From assembly GCA_977020255.1 (NCBI GenBank), contig CDROCS010002469.1, positions 372,001 to 436,000 on the forward strand: a stretch of 64,000 nt of DNA, in the 5' to 3' direction. Below are positions 39,836 to 50,288 of the stretch, piece by piece. Under the pieces are notes generated by a model, which saw only the letters and a program-made list of their open reading frames with translations, was not told where the DNA came from and did not search any database. The translations under genes were made by a program, and so were the position numbers. The stretch is from Obrimoposthia wandeli. Its lineage: Eukaryota. Positions within the stretch are counted from its first letter, which is position 1. The number at the start of each line of letters is the position of its first letter.

Positions 39836-41197
39836 ATGAAAGAGCATAAAAAACAACCGTTTCTACTGCCAATATGTGCCGTAGTGGGCATAGGTTTAGC
39901 CTTTATCATTGTTAAATCACAACCAGCTCTTGAGCACAAAACCATTAAACAGCAGCCTATTGCAGTAAAAACAGTACAGGCTTTTGCACAATTAGTGTCC
40001 CCTGCGATTGAAGGTTTCGGAACCGTAGCGGCTGATAAAAAACTTACTATTAAGAATGAAATAGCGGCTAAGGTTATATATTTAAACCCACAACTTAAGC
40101 AAGGTGCATTATTGGCAAAAGGCACTTTAGTGATGGAACTTGATGATAGTGATATCCAGTTGTCTTTAAAACAGTCGCTAGCAGACTTAGCCGTTAATAA
40201 AGCCAATTTAGCTGAGTTTGAACATACTATTACTAGCACTACAATCGACTTAAAAATCATTCAGGAAAAACTCTATACTTACCAAAAAGAGTACCGCCGT
40301 AAACTCACTTTAAAAAAACGCGGCGCTATTTCACAATCTGCTGTCGATGCAGATTACCGCCAAGTATTAAATATTAAACAAGAGCAACAAAATCTACTCA
40401 ATAAGCAAGTAACTTTTGACGCTCAAAAAGCGGTTTTACTGGCCAAAATAGCCATAAGCCAAACAAAGGTTAGCTTGCAACAGCGCAACTTAGCGCGCAC
40501 CCATATCACACTTCCCTTTGGAGGGCGCATTGGTAAGGTATTTATTACTCAAGATCAATTTTTGAGCACCGCCACCAGTTTATTTTCTATTCAAGCCATC
40601 GAAAAGGTCGTTATAAGTGCGCAGTTTTCAGTGGATAAATTCAAACTGATTGCCCAAAGCTTTGATCAAAATTTAGCTATTTTACAACAAGCTTTAGCAG
40701 AAAAGAGTGTCGACAAGTTATTTGAAAAACTAGGCCTCAGTGCCACTGTCTTTAGTACTGATCAACAAGTGAACTCGTGGCAGGCTAAAGTAGAGCGCAC
40801 TGCGGGTACTATAGACCCATTAAGCCGCACTTTAGGTGTTACGGTCAGTGTTACTGGTTCCTATAAAGCACTTAACCCAGCGGTTAAACCGCCACTCATC
40901 GAGGGCATGTATATGCGGGTTGCACTGAAGGCCTCACCCAGTAGCTTTGTGATCGTGCCACGTTTTGCGTTACGTGAAAAACAATTATTTCTAGTCACCA
41001 AGGACAATAAATTAGAGCGTTATGAAGTTAAAGACAGTCAATTACAAGGAGAGTTAATACTCTTGAAAGATAGCGATTTAATAGGCCGCGCTGTGGTTGT
41101 ATCTAAACTTTTCCCCGCTATCCCTAACATGTTGTTAGCGCCTAGTACCGATCATCAGCTGACATCCCAAATACAGCTTTGGCTACAGGATCTTTAA
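39836..41197 (+). CDS. RND efflux periplasmic adaptor (MFP)
   Basis: N-terminal TM, long coiled-coil hairpin, LPFGGRI and IDPLSRT..V motifs. GGAG SD before ATG 39836. Confidence 0.85.
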   Translation: MKEHKKQPFLLPICAVVGIGLAFIIVKSQPALEHKTIKQQPIAVKTVQAFAQLVSPAIEGFGTVAADKKLTIKNEIAAKVIYLNPQLKQGALLAKGTLVMELDDSDIQLSLKQSLADLAVNKANLAEFEHTITSTTIDLKIIQEKLYTYQKEYRRKLTLKKRGAISQSAVDADYRQVLNIKQEQQNLLNKQVTFDAQKAVLLAKIAISQTKVSLQQRNLARTHITLPFGGRIGKVFITQDQFLSTATSLFSIQAIEKVVISAQFSVDKFKLIAQSFDQNLAILQQALAEKSVDKLFEKLGLSATVFSTDQQVNSWQAKVERTAGTIDPLSRTLGVTVSVTGSYKALNPAVKPPLIEGMYMRVALKASPSSFVIVPRFALREKQLFLVTKDNKLERYEVKDSQLQGELILLKDSDLIGRAVVVSKLFPAIPNMLLAPSTDHQLTSQIQLWLQDL

Positions 41198-41200
41198 ATT

Positions 41201-44200
41201 ATGATCAGGTTCTTTGCGTCACATCCCACTGCCGCTAGCTTAATGATGTTAATTGCATTACTAGCAGGCTTGGTCACTTTACCTAATTTAAAACGTGAAA
41301 CAATGCCTCAGGTCAAATCATTTGAGGTGCGTGTACAAGTAGCATACCCTGGGGCTGCACCACTGGATGTTGAAAAAGCTATTTGCCTTCCCCTTGAAGA
41401 CGCCACCGATGGCATTGCCTTTATTGATGAAAAACGTTGTGAAGCTAAGCAAAGCACTGCCATTATGACTTTAAAAATGTTGCAGCAAGGCGACTTCTCC
41501 ATCTTTATAGAGGATATCAATAGCGCTGTCGATGCAATTAGCGATTTCCCAGATTTGAGTAAAAAGCCCGTTATTAGCGAACTAAATCGTACGCAAGCAG
41601 TGGTAAAAGTGGCCCTCACCGCCGACATACCCAGGTCCGAATTAAAAGATTTAGCAGAGTATTTAAAGCAAGAGATGCTCAAGCAACCTTCCATTCCACT
41701 CGTAAATATCGAAGGTTTTTCGGATCGCCAAATCCAAATAAAAATATCCAGCGATAAGCTGCGCCAACACAATTTAAGCTTGCAGCAACTGGCTGATATA
41801 ATCGCCAAGCAAAATATAGATTTACCTTTAGGCAGCATACAAACCGCTTATGTTACTCAACAATTACGTTTTAACGATGAAAAGCGTACTGCACAAGAAC
41901 TGGCACAACTCGCCATTATTAAAAGTGAAAACGGTACTGAGCTAACTTTGGCTGACATTGCCACTATTACTGATAGCTTTGAGCTAAATGAACAAAAAAT
42001 TATCTATCAAAATAAAATGGCTGCTTTTCTAGCCGTCAGTAAAAACAACAGTGATGACAGTTTAAATGTGCTGGCTAATGTTAAAAGCTTCATTGCAAAA
42101 CAGCAACAATCTTTACCAGCGGGAGTAAGCTTAAACTTAACAGAAGACAATACCAGTATCGTCAATGATAGAATTAACTTGTTACTAAACAACGCTTGGC
42201 AAGGTTTATTATTAGTCTTCGCGGTTATGTGGCTATTTTTTTCGATACGCTATGCTTTTTGGGTTGTCATGGGTTTACCGGTCTCTTTTTTGGCCAGTTT
42301 TTATTTACTCGGCCTTTTAGGTGTGACTATTAATATGATTTCGATGGTGGCGTTATTACTATCTTTAGGCATTCTAATGGATGATGCCATCGTAATTTCT
42401 GAAAGTATTGGTGTACAGTTAAAAAAAGGAAGGCAGCCCTTGCAAGCTGCAATAGATGGCACTGCTATCGTTGCACGTGGAGTGCTCTCTTCTTTTGCGA
42501 CCACGCTTTGCCTTTTTATCGGGCTTATTTTTATTGAAGGTGATATAGGTCAAGTGCTTAGGGTTATTCCAATTGTGCTTATTTGTGTCATCAGTGTTTC
42601 GCTATTAGAGGCATTTTTCGTTTTACCCAGCCATCTTTACCATTCTTTACAGCATGCTAAAAATCGTTCGGTTCACCCCTTTCGTATTAAATTCGAACAC
42701 TATTTTGAGCGTGTGACACAAAGAATTAACAATTTAGTTATCACTTGTATACACTTTCGATATGCTTTTATAGGCAGCTTAATTGCCTGTTTTTTTATCT
42801 CTCTCGCGTTACTGATTAGCGGTGTTTTAAAATTCAGCGCATTCCCAAATACGGAAGGTGACTTAATCCAAGCGAGAATACAAATGCCCGCGGGAACCCC
42901 GCTAAAACATACTGAGCAAGTGGTAGAGCAACTGTTAAAAGCTCTACAACAAAGCGGCGATAAATTCCAACAAAATGAAACTAGCCCATTACTAGAATCT
43001 ATCGGCGTCAATTACAGTAAAAACGCTGATGCTTTCGCAACAGGCCCACATTTAGCCACTATCAACGTCAACTTACTCACCGCACAAAAACGCAGCACTC
43101 ATATCGATCGATTAATCAATGACTGGCGAGAAAACACTGCTAAGCTCACTGATATTAATAATATTCTTTTTAAGGAACCCGTTTTAGGTCCCAGTGGCCG
43201 AGCTGTGATGATTCGCTTAAGTGCAAATGATTTATCACTACTGGCTGACGCGGCAGATACACTTAAAACATGGTTTGCCGGCTATCAAGGCGTTGATAAT
43301 ATTTTCAGTGACCTACATTTGGGTAGCCCTGAATATACTCTGCATTTAAAAGCGGGTGCTTTTGCTTTAGGACTAGATGCGCAAACGATTAGTAAACAGA
43401 TAAGGGCCGCCTTTCAGGGTATTGATGTACTACAAAGTAACGGCGAACTCGATACTTTCTTTATCACCGTAAAGCTTGATGATACCAGCCGTGATCAATT
43501 TGCTGATTTTGATAATTTTCCGATAGTTAACCCCACCAATGGCGCGTTAATTCCATTGGAAGTACTCGCTGACATTGAGCTAACCAATAGTTTTTCGAGA
43601 ATCAACCGCATAAATAACCAACGCACTGTTACTATATATGGTGATGTAGATGCTAAAACCAACAACACCAAAGCCGTGATTGCCGATTTTCAGCAAAATT
43701 ATCAAACGCAGTTTTTACAGCGCTACCCTCAGGTAAAATTAACTATTGAAGGGGAAATAAAAAATGCGGGTATCACTCAGTCATCGATGAAGAAAGTTTT
43801 TATATTTGGCTTATTGGGTGTATTTATCTTACTTAGTTTGCAATTTAAATCCTATCTAGAGCCTATCATTGTGCTATTGGCAATTCCGCTCGCTCTAATA
43901 GGTGTCATTTGGGGTCATATGCTGATGGGGTTAGATTTTACTATGCCATCCATATTGGGCTTCGTCGCTCTCGCAGGGATTGTGGTTAATGATTCAATTT
44001 TATTAGTCGAGTTTGTAAAAAAAGGCATTGCCAATGGAATGTTAGTGCACGATGCCGCCGCCAAAGCCAGTAGTGAGCGCTTTCGGGCGATTTTACTCAC
44101 CTCCGTTACCACAATTGCAGGTATGACACCGTTACTATTTGAAACTAGCTTGCAAGCACAAATTTTAATCCCCTTAGTCACCAGCATCGTTTTTGGTATT

Positions 44201-44302
44201 TTAGCCGCCACTTTATTAGTACTATTTGCGATACCTGCTTTGTACACTATTTTAGAAGATTTTAAGCTAGCCGTCGTAATAGATACGCCAACAGAAACTT
44301 AA
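41201..44302 (+). CDS. RND efflux permease (AcrB/AcrD/AcrF family)
   Basis: 1033 aa with motifs GILMDDAIV..E, GIVVNDSILLVEF and RFRAILLTSVTTIAGMTPL. Confidence 0.93.
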   Translation: MIRFFASHPTAASLMMLIALLAGLVTLPNLKRETMPQVKSFEVRVQVAYPGAAPLDVEKAICLPLEDATDGIAFIDEKRCEAKQSTAIMTLKMLQQGDFSIFIEDINSAVDAISDFPDLSKKPVISELNRTQAVVKVALTADIPRSELKDLAEYLKQEMLKQPSIPLVNIEGFSDRQIQIKISSDKLRQHNLSLQQLADIIAKQNIDLPLGSIQTAYVTQQLRFNDEKRTAQELAQLAIIKSENGTELTLADIATITDSFELNEQKIIYQNKMAAFLAVSKNNSDDSLNVLANVKSFIAKQQQSLPAGVSLNLTEDNTSIVNDRINLLLNNAWQGLLLVFAVMWLFFSIRYAFWVVMGLPVSFLASFYLLGLLGVTINMISMVALLLSLGILMDDAIVISESIGVQLKKGRQPLQAAIDGTAIVARGVLSSFATTLCLFIGLIFIEGDIGQVLRVIPIVLICVISVSLLEAFFVLPSHLYHSLQHAKNRSVHPFRIKFEHYFERVTQRINNLVITCIHFRYAFIGSLIACFFISLALLISGVLKFSAFPNTEGDLIQARIQMPAGTPLKHTEQVVEQLLKALQQSGDKFQQNETSPLLESIGVNYSKNADAFATGPHLATINVNLLTAQKRSTHIDRLINDWRENTAKLTDINNILFKEPVLGPSGRAVMIRLSANDLSLLADAADTLKTWFAGYQGVDNIFSDLHLGSPEYTLHLKAGAFALGLDAQTISKQIRAAFQGIDVLQSNGELDTFFITVKLDDTSRDQFADFDNFPIVNPTNGALIPLEVLADIELTNSFSRINRINNQRTVTIYGDVDAKTNNTKAVIADFQQNYQTQFLQRYPQVKLTIEGEIKNAGITQSSMKKVFIFGLLGVFILLSLQFKSYLEPIIVLLAIPLALIGVIWGHMLMGLDFTMPSILGFVALAGIVVNDSILLVEFVKKGIANGMLVHDAAAKASSERFRAILLTSVTTIAGMTPLLFETSLQAQILIPLVTSIVFGILAATLLVLFAIPALYTILEDFKLAVVIDTPTET

Positions 44303-44442
44303 ACAATTACGCTAGTAATTCAAAACTTTGAATGGTAAATTTCAGTTAAAATAAGTATTTATTTACACTTGCTAATTCAGCAGGACAGACGTAGTAAATT
44401 CACTAATAATCATCAATATTTTTACCATACAAGGCGCTAAGT

Positions 44443-45567
44443 ATGAGTCAATGGATTAAAGTCAGAAAACATTTGCACAAACACCCAGAGCTATCCGGGG
44501 CAGAACAAAATACAGCGGCTTATGTGTTAGCCCAATTACAAGGGCTTAATCCTGATAGAACCTATCAAAACTTAGGCGGCCAAGGTATCGCGGTATGCTT
44601 TGACGCAGCAGATTCAGGCCCTAACGTATTATTTCGCTCAGAATTAGATGCACTGCCAATTGAAGAGCTGAATCAATTTGCACACCGTTCAGTTAACCAA
44701 GGCGTTTCACATAAGTGCGGACACGATGGTCACATGGCAACTATTTTAGCGCTAGGTGAAAAAATTGCCGCGAACCGCCCGCTTAAAGGCACCGCGACAT
44801 TATTATTTCAACCTGCTGAAGAAACCGGCGAAGGCGCTATTGCCGTCGTAGCAGATCCCCAGTTTAATGATTTCAAACCTGATTACTGTTTTGCACTACA
44901 TAACCTACCCGGTCATCCCTTAGGGCAAGTGCTAATTCGTGCAGGAAGCTTTAACTGCGCATCAAGAGGCATGTCCATTGAGCTAAAGGGGAAAACAGCA
45001 CATGCCGCTTACCCAGAAACAGGTATCAGCCCAGCTAATGTATTAGCAGAACTAATACAAACACTTCCCGCTTTAGCGGCTGAATTAGATTTTGCAGAAC
45101 TAACGATGCTGACTTTAATTCATTGCAGTATGGGTGAAGAGGCTTTTGGTACATCTCCAGGCGCTGGGAAACTATTGGCAACACTTCGCACAGAAAGTAA
45201 TGAGGCAATGGCAACACTGGTAGACGCTGTTTCACACAAAGCGCAAACCTGTGCTAATGCACAAGATTTAGAATTAAGCATTACTTGGCATGATGTGTTT
45301 AACGCAAGCGTCAACGATGAGCAATGTGCGCAGCAAGTCGCCAGTGCTGCACAATTTTGTAACAATGAAGTTATCTGGTTAGACGAACCGCTGCGTTGGT
45401 CAGAAGATTTTGGCGCATTAAGCCAAACGGCAAAAGGTGCTATGTTCGCTTTTGGCGCAGGTCAAGATGCCCCACAAATCCACAACCCTGATTATGATTT
45501 CCCCGATGCACTCGTGGAGCAAGGCAAAAATATTTTCTATAAGATCTATCAAGATTTACTGCGCTAG
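44443..45567 (+). CDS. M20D family amidohydrolase
   Basis: Motifs LHKHPELS, ELDALP, HKCGHDGH, FQPAEETG, SEDF and IHNP. Confidence 0.88.
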   Translation: MSQWIKVRKHLHKHPELSGAEQNTAAYVLAQLQGLNPDRTYQNLGGQGIAVCFDAADSGPNVLFRSELDALPIEELNQFAHRSVNQGVSHKCGHDGHMATILALGEKIAANRPLKGTATLLFQPAEETGEGAIAVVADPQFNDFKPDYCFALHNLPGHPLGQVLIRAGSFNCASRGMSIELKGKTAHAAYPETGISPANVLAELIQTLPALAAELDFAELTMLTLIHCSMGEEAFGTSPGAGKLLATLRTESNEAMATLVDAVSHKAQTCANAQDLELSITWHDVFNASVNDEQCAQQVASAAQFCNNEVIWLDEPLRWSEDFGALSQTAKGAMFAFGAGQDAPQIHNPDYDFPDALVEQGKNIFYKIYQDLLR

Positions 45568-45673
45568 TTGATCGAATACTCATGCTTCTTTAAGATATTA
45601 TTGACAATAATACATACTAAAATGATAGTTTCAATAATGTCCAAAAGCAGCATGAGTGATTTTTATAAAAATG

Positions 45674-46699
45674 TCACGCCAAGCTTTGGACACAGTTACG
45701 GCCACTATCTTTTGCCATATAAAGCGCTTTATCTGCCCTTTCTACTAAACTATGTAATAGCTCAGCCCCTTTAGATACAGACACTCCGAAAGAGGCTGTC
45801 ACTGGCGGTAATTTCTCACCTGTACGTTTATTGCTTAGTGAGATTTTTGCTAGTTTTACCCGTAATTTTTCAGCTACTTTTATCGCTTGCGACATATCAA
45901 GACTAGGGCACAATAATGCAAATTCTTCGCCACCAAAACGCACGGGAACTAATGGTTTTGGGCACTCTGATTTTAACAAACTACCGACAAATTTTAAGAC
46001 TTGATCACCCATTAAATGCCCATGAGTATCATTGAAAACTTTAAATTTATCGATATCCATCATAATTAGCGAAATTTCCGGCTGGTGCTGATTTCCCGTG
46101 AATTCATCATAAATAGATTCAAACACTCGACGATTGCTTAACCCAGTTAATGAATCCGTGTTGGCTTGCGCTTTACTTTCTTGCAGCTGTGCTTTTAAAG
46201 AATTAATCTCTGATTGCGCTGTGAGCATCTCCCCTTGAAAAGAATCATTTATCTTACACAAAGCATTAGCGTTTTCACTGAGTTCATTCAATAATTGTGA
46301 TTGATCATCCCCAAGTTCACAACTACCCAGGCTCACGATATTTTCACTTAATGCACTAGAAAAATCATTACTTTGCTTGGCTGTTTGATCAATCGATTCC
46401 GATAAATTCTCGACTAATGCATCAATAGCATGCTGGAAAACATCTCTACTTTCTTCCTCTTTTTCATCTTTTTGGATGATGTATTTTAACAGCAGGGATT
46501 CACTCATTTCAGGGGGACAAGTGCTAAACCTATCGATTACATAATCGAGTTCTGTGTTTAATTGCGGAAATTGATGAGAATAATAGCTATACCACAAAGT
46601 GAAATTAAAAGGGTTAGGTACAATGTTATGCTTAATCATTTTGGGAACAGCTTTGCGTAACAGTACTGCAGCTTTACTTGCATCTTCGGTAAAGATCAT
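45674..46699 (-). CDS. Cytoplasmic diguanylate cyclase (VdcA-like, coiled-coil plus GGEEF)
   Basis: N-terminal AVPKMIKHNIVPNPFNFTLWYSY, then DSLTGLSNRR, DIDKFK, RFGGEEF and ADKALYMAKDSGRN. Confidence 0.9.
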   Translation of the reverse strand: MIFTEDASKAAVLLRKAVPKMIKHNIVPNPFNFTLWYSYYSHQFPQLNTELDYVIDRFSTCPPEMSESLLLKYIIQKDEKEEESRDVFQHAIDALVENLSESIDQTAKQSNDFSSALSENIVSLGSCELGDDQSQLLNELSENANALCKINDSFQGEMLTAQSEINSLKAQLQESKAQANTDSLTGLSNRRVFESIYDEFTGNQHQPEISLIMMDIDKFKVFNDTHGHLMGDQVLKFVGSLLKSECPKPLVPVRFGGEEFALLCPSLDMSQAIKVAEKLRVKLAKISLSNKRTGEKLPPVTASFGVSVSKGAELLHSLVERADKALYMAKDSGRNCVQSLA

Positions 46700-46728
46700 T
46701 TAACAGCCTCGAAAACTAGTAAAAAACA

Positions 46729-46748
46729 AATATTTGAATGCAAATATT
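46729..46748. promoter_or_regulatory. Palindrome upstream of the diguanylate cyclase
   Basis: AATATTTG-AATG-CAAATATT is a perfect 8-bp IR 30 nt upstream of the ATG. It is AT-rich, so chance is not excluded. Confidence 0.3.
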
Positions 46749-47336
46749 CATTACATTAGCGAATTCAACATCAACAACCGCGTAAAAACCTTGCATATTC
46801 TACGCTTCCAATAATAACTACGGACCAATGTTGGCATCTATTATGCTTTTCAAAAGATATTGCTATAAAACCTAATTATAATCAAAATTACATCCCTATT
46901 ATCAAGCCTAGTGAAGTAATGCTATTGTATTGTAATATCAGAATATTTTAAGATTTTATTTTTCAATACTTACTATAGATTAAAATAATGACAAAGATGT
47001 TGGTACGCATTTAAGCAACAAAGTTTATCATTTATTTACCAAAAAAAAAAATGAACTTTTTTATATTGCCCTATTTAATCAGAAAAATTATACTTTAAAG
47101 CTATAACGCCACTATTTCCTAGTGTATTTTGAAATTGTTAGTTTAACTTGCCTCTTACTTACGCTCATGCATTCACCCATTTGCAGCCGACTAAAAATTA
47201 CCTCAAAGACATATCTCTCTGTTTCGATTTGCTTTTCCTTAAGTTAGAAACGCCTATCTGACCTGCAAATTGTTTCTATCTTTGACAACGCAATGCTAGA
47301 ATGCTTCCTTTAAATACTTTTATAGCAGATACTTTA

Positions 47337-48056
47337 ATGAGCAATACAACACCTAACGTAGATCCCGCTGAAATTGCAAAATTTGAAGAACTCGCCAGTC
47401 GCTGGTGGGATAAAAATAGTGAATTTAAACCACTTCATGACATCAATCCTTTAAGAGTAAACTATATCGACTCTAAAGCTTCTTTAGAGGGGAAAAAAGT
47501 ATTAGATGTAGGTTGCGGAGGCGGTATATTATCTGAATCAATGGTACAACGAGGCGCTCAGGTAACTGGGATTGACCTTGGGGCTGCACCTTTAAAAATT
47601 GCTAAGCTGCACGGTTTAGAAAGCGGTTTTATGGTCGATTATCAACAAATTTCAGCTGAAGATATGGCTGAGAAAAACCCTGCGAGTTACGATGTGATAA
47701 CTTGCATGGAAATGCTTGAACACGTACCTGACCCTAGCTCTATTGTTAACGCTTGTGCCGCTATGCTCAAGCCTGGCGGTCAAATCTTTTTTTCAACTAT
47801 AAATCGTAACCCGAAAAGTTATATTTTTGCTATATTAGGCGCTGAACATATTCTAAAAATGGTACCTAAGGGCACGCATGAATTTAAGAAATTTATTAAG
47901 CCTTCAGAGCTTGGAAATTGGATACGCAATAATCGTTTAGAAATAAACGATATGGTTGGTATGAATTACAATTTGCTCACTAAAGAATACCGTTTGCAAG
48001 CAGATGATTTAGAAGTAAACTACATCATTTCTGCACATAGCGAAACTGCAGCCTAA
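47337..48056 (+). CDS. ubiG: Ubiquinone biosynthesis O-methyltransferase UbiG
   Basis: Motifs [39 protein letters not shown] and [12 protein letters not shown]. Confidence 0.96.
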   Translation: MSNTTPNVDPAEIAKFEELASRWWDKNSEFKPLHDINPLRVNYIDSKASLEGKKVLDVGCGGGILSESMVQRGAQVTGIDLGAAPLKIAKLHGLESGFMVDYQQISAEDMAEKNPASYDVITCMEMLEHVPDPSSIVNACAAMLKPGGQIFFSTINRNPKSYIFAILGAEHILKMVPKGTHEFKKFIKPSELGNWIRNNRLEINDMVGMNYNLLTKEYRLQADDLEVNYIISAHSETAA

Positions 48057-48130
48057 CAACGATAAAACGATAAAACGACAGGCTAAACTCTCTCAATTTA
48101 CCAATGCATCGCTGCTATACGAGTAAACTA

Positions 48131-48823
48131 ATGAATAAAATTGAAGCTGTGCTATTTGATTTAGATGGTACATTATTAGATAGTGCACCTGATTTTCAAT
48201 TAGTTATCAATGAAATGCTCCAAAGCAGAAACAGAGGTTTGATCAGTTTAGCCACTTTAAAACACCAAGTATCGAACGGTGCTCGGGCAATGGTAAAGTA
48301 CGCCTTCCCAAAGGCGACAACCACTATTGAGCTTGAAAGTTTAAAAACTGAATTTTTAGCGCTTTATTTTGAAAGGATTAATCAGAAATCATCTTTGTAT
48401 TCAGGGATTGAGCAAGTCATTTGCTTTTTAGAAGCAAACAATATCAGTTGGGGAATTGTCACCAATAAGCCTGAGTATTATACCACCCCTATCATCGCGC
48501 ATTTTCAATGTTTTGCAGGAGCGCAGGTGGTCATTTGCCCTGATCATGTAAAACATACAAAGCCAGATCCAGAGCCGCTTATTCTCGCTTGTGAAAAAAT
48601 GTCTATACCCGCTGAAAAATGCTGTTATATAGGTGACCATGAGCGCGACATCACTGCCGGAAAGGCAGCGAACATGTATACCATTGGTTGCAATTACGGC
48701 TACTTAAACGAAAATGAAGATAGTAGTACTTGGCAAGCCGATATTTTAGTCGATCACCCCTTACACATTATTGAACAACTTAAAACGCAACTGCCTAGCA
48801 ATTGCACTACTAGCTTATTATAG
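48131..48823 (+). CDS. mupP: HAD phosphatase (MupP / phosphoglycolate-phosphatase-like)
   Basis: Motifs FDLDGTLLDSA, VTNKP, KPDPEP and YIGDHERD. The ubiG-HAD-yciK order matches the mupP locus. Confidence 0.75.
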   Translation: MNKIEAVLFDLDGTLLDSAPDFQLVINEMLQSRNRGLISLATLKHQVSNGARAMVKYAFPKATTTIELESLKTEFLALYFERINQKSSLYSGIEQVICFLEANNISWGIVTNKPEYYTTPIIAHFQCFAGAQVVICPDHVKHTKPDPEPLILACEKMSIPAEKCCYIGDHERDITAGKAANMYTIGCNYGYLNENEDSSTWQADILVDHPLHIIEQLKTQLPSNCTTSLL

Positions 48824-48831
48824 GATTTTTT

Positions 48832-49575
48832 ATGTTTGAATATTCCGCTCCTAAACAACTGTTACAAAACAAAATCATCTTAGTAACAGGCGCTGGTGAT
48901 GGTATCGGGCGCGCAGCGGCAATCAGCTATGCTAAGTTAGGTGCTACTGTTATTCTATTAGGGAAAACAGTAGAAAAACTCGAAGTTGTTTATGATCAAA
49001 TAGAAGCATTAGGTGCCCCTAAGGCAGCTATTTTACCGATGAATTTGGAAACGGCAAGTGAGCAAACTTATATAGATCTGACCAATATAATTGATGCCGA
49101 GTTTGGTCGTTTAGATGGATTATTGCACAACGCTAGTTTGCTAGGTATGCGCACACCCATTGAAAATTACGACCCCGTTACCTGGGAACAAGTTATGAAA
49201 GTGAATGCCACCGCCCCTTTCTATCTCACACAGAACTTGCTGCCATTGCTGCACTTGAGTAAGAACGCCTCTATTGTTTTCACATCATCAAGTGTAGGCA
49301 AAAAAGGTAAAGCCTATTGGGGAGCTTACAGCGTTTCAAAGTTCGCGACACAAGGTATGATGGAAATTCTTGCTGATGAATTAGAAAACACTAGTAATAT
49401 TCGCAGTAACTGTATAAATCCTGGAGCCACACGAACTGCAATGCGCGCTGCAGCATATCCAGGAGAGCAGCCTGAGTGCAACCCTACCCCAGAAGAAATA
49501 ATGCCAATCTATATGTATCTTATGGGGGATGAAAGCTTAAAAGAAAACGGTTTAACGTTTAATGCACAAGATTAG
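48832..49575 (+). CDS. yciK: YciK family short-chain oxidoreductase
   Basis: Motifs TGAGDGIG, HNASLLG, YWGAYSVSK and NPGATRTAMRAAAYPGE. Confidence 0.9.
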   Translation: MFEYSAPKQLLQNKIILVTGAGDGIGRAAAISYAKLGATVILLGKTVEKLEVVYDQIEALGAPKAAILPMNLETASEQTYIDLTNIIDAEFGRLDGLLHNASLLGMRTPIENYDPVTWEQVMKVNATAPFYLTQNLLPLLHLSKNASIVFTSSSVGKKGKAYWGAYSVSKFATQGMMEILADELENTSNIRSNCINPGATRTAMRAAAYPGEQPECNPTPEEIMPIYMYLMGDESLKENGLTFNAQD

Positions 49576-49620
49576 TACTACTTGCTGAAAATAGTTAATT
49601 TTATCCACTGCTTACCCCAC

Positions 49621-49657
49621 GCTTTAGCAGTAAATGTTCGTCATCTCCTGCTAAAGC
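49621..49657 (+). terminator. Stem-loop after yciK
   Basis: GCTTTAGCAG (17-nt loop) CTGCTAAAGC, a perfect 10-bp stem with no clear U-tail. Confidence 0.45.
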
Positions 49658-50288
49658 ACAACTAACTCCTCAAACACTTAATATTTGCGTTGAAGACAAA
49701 TTAGAAGATGCCTATATTCTCATAACCCTCACAATAAAACTAATTCGTATAATTAATAAAACTTATGCTATATAGCGTTTAAGCATCAATTTTGCTAAAT
49801 TTTAGAAGTAATTTATTAATTATCCGTGACATAATTAGAAAAAATAATACTATGTTATCAGAATTTCATTTTGTACTTGTGCCATTTGATTTTGCTGTTA
49901 GCATGCGTAATTAATAAATATCTGAAACCGTGTTAGTTGTTGTAACAAGTAAGCATAAAGACGAGTGTTATCAAGGTTACTACTTGAAGAATTGGCAATG
50001 TTAACTCACACAATTTTATTGAGTTTCCAATAAAAAATAATTCATTATTTCAATTTTGTTTGCTTTTTGCCTAACTTACAAGTACTCGACCGATACTTTC
50101 TTTATGTACAAATGTAGTGATTTCAGAACTTATTTAGTGAGTTGAATAAAAATCGACTTTAATGCATATTTGCTAACAAGTTGTGATAAATTTGATTTAT
50201 TTGAACATGAATTTACAACAAGCATTAACAACGGCAAAGCAATCAGAAAAATAAAATAATTTTCATTGATTACAAAGGCTTAAAACAA

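Noticed and set aside
47282-47302. TTGACA...TAGAAT as a canonical sigma-70 promoter for ubiG
   Set aside because: The spacer is only 9 nt. TGCTAGAAT could still be an extended -10, but the pair is not a valid -35/-10.
46700-47336. c-di-GMP riboswitch or sRNA in the DGC-ubiG divergent spacer
   Set aside because: I found no GEMM-type conserved core by eye. An Infernal scan would be needed to exclude it fully.
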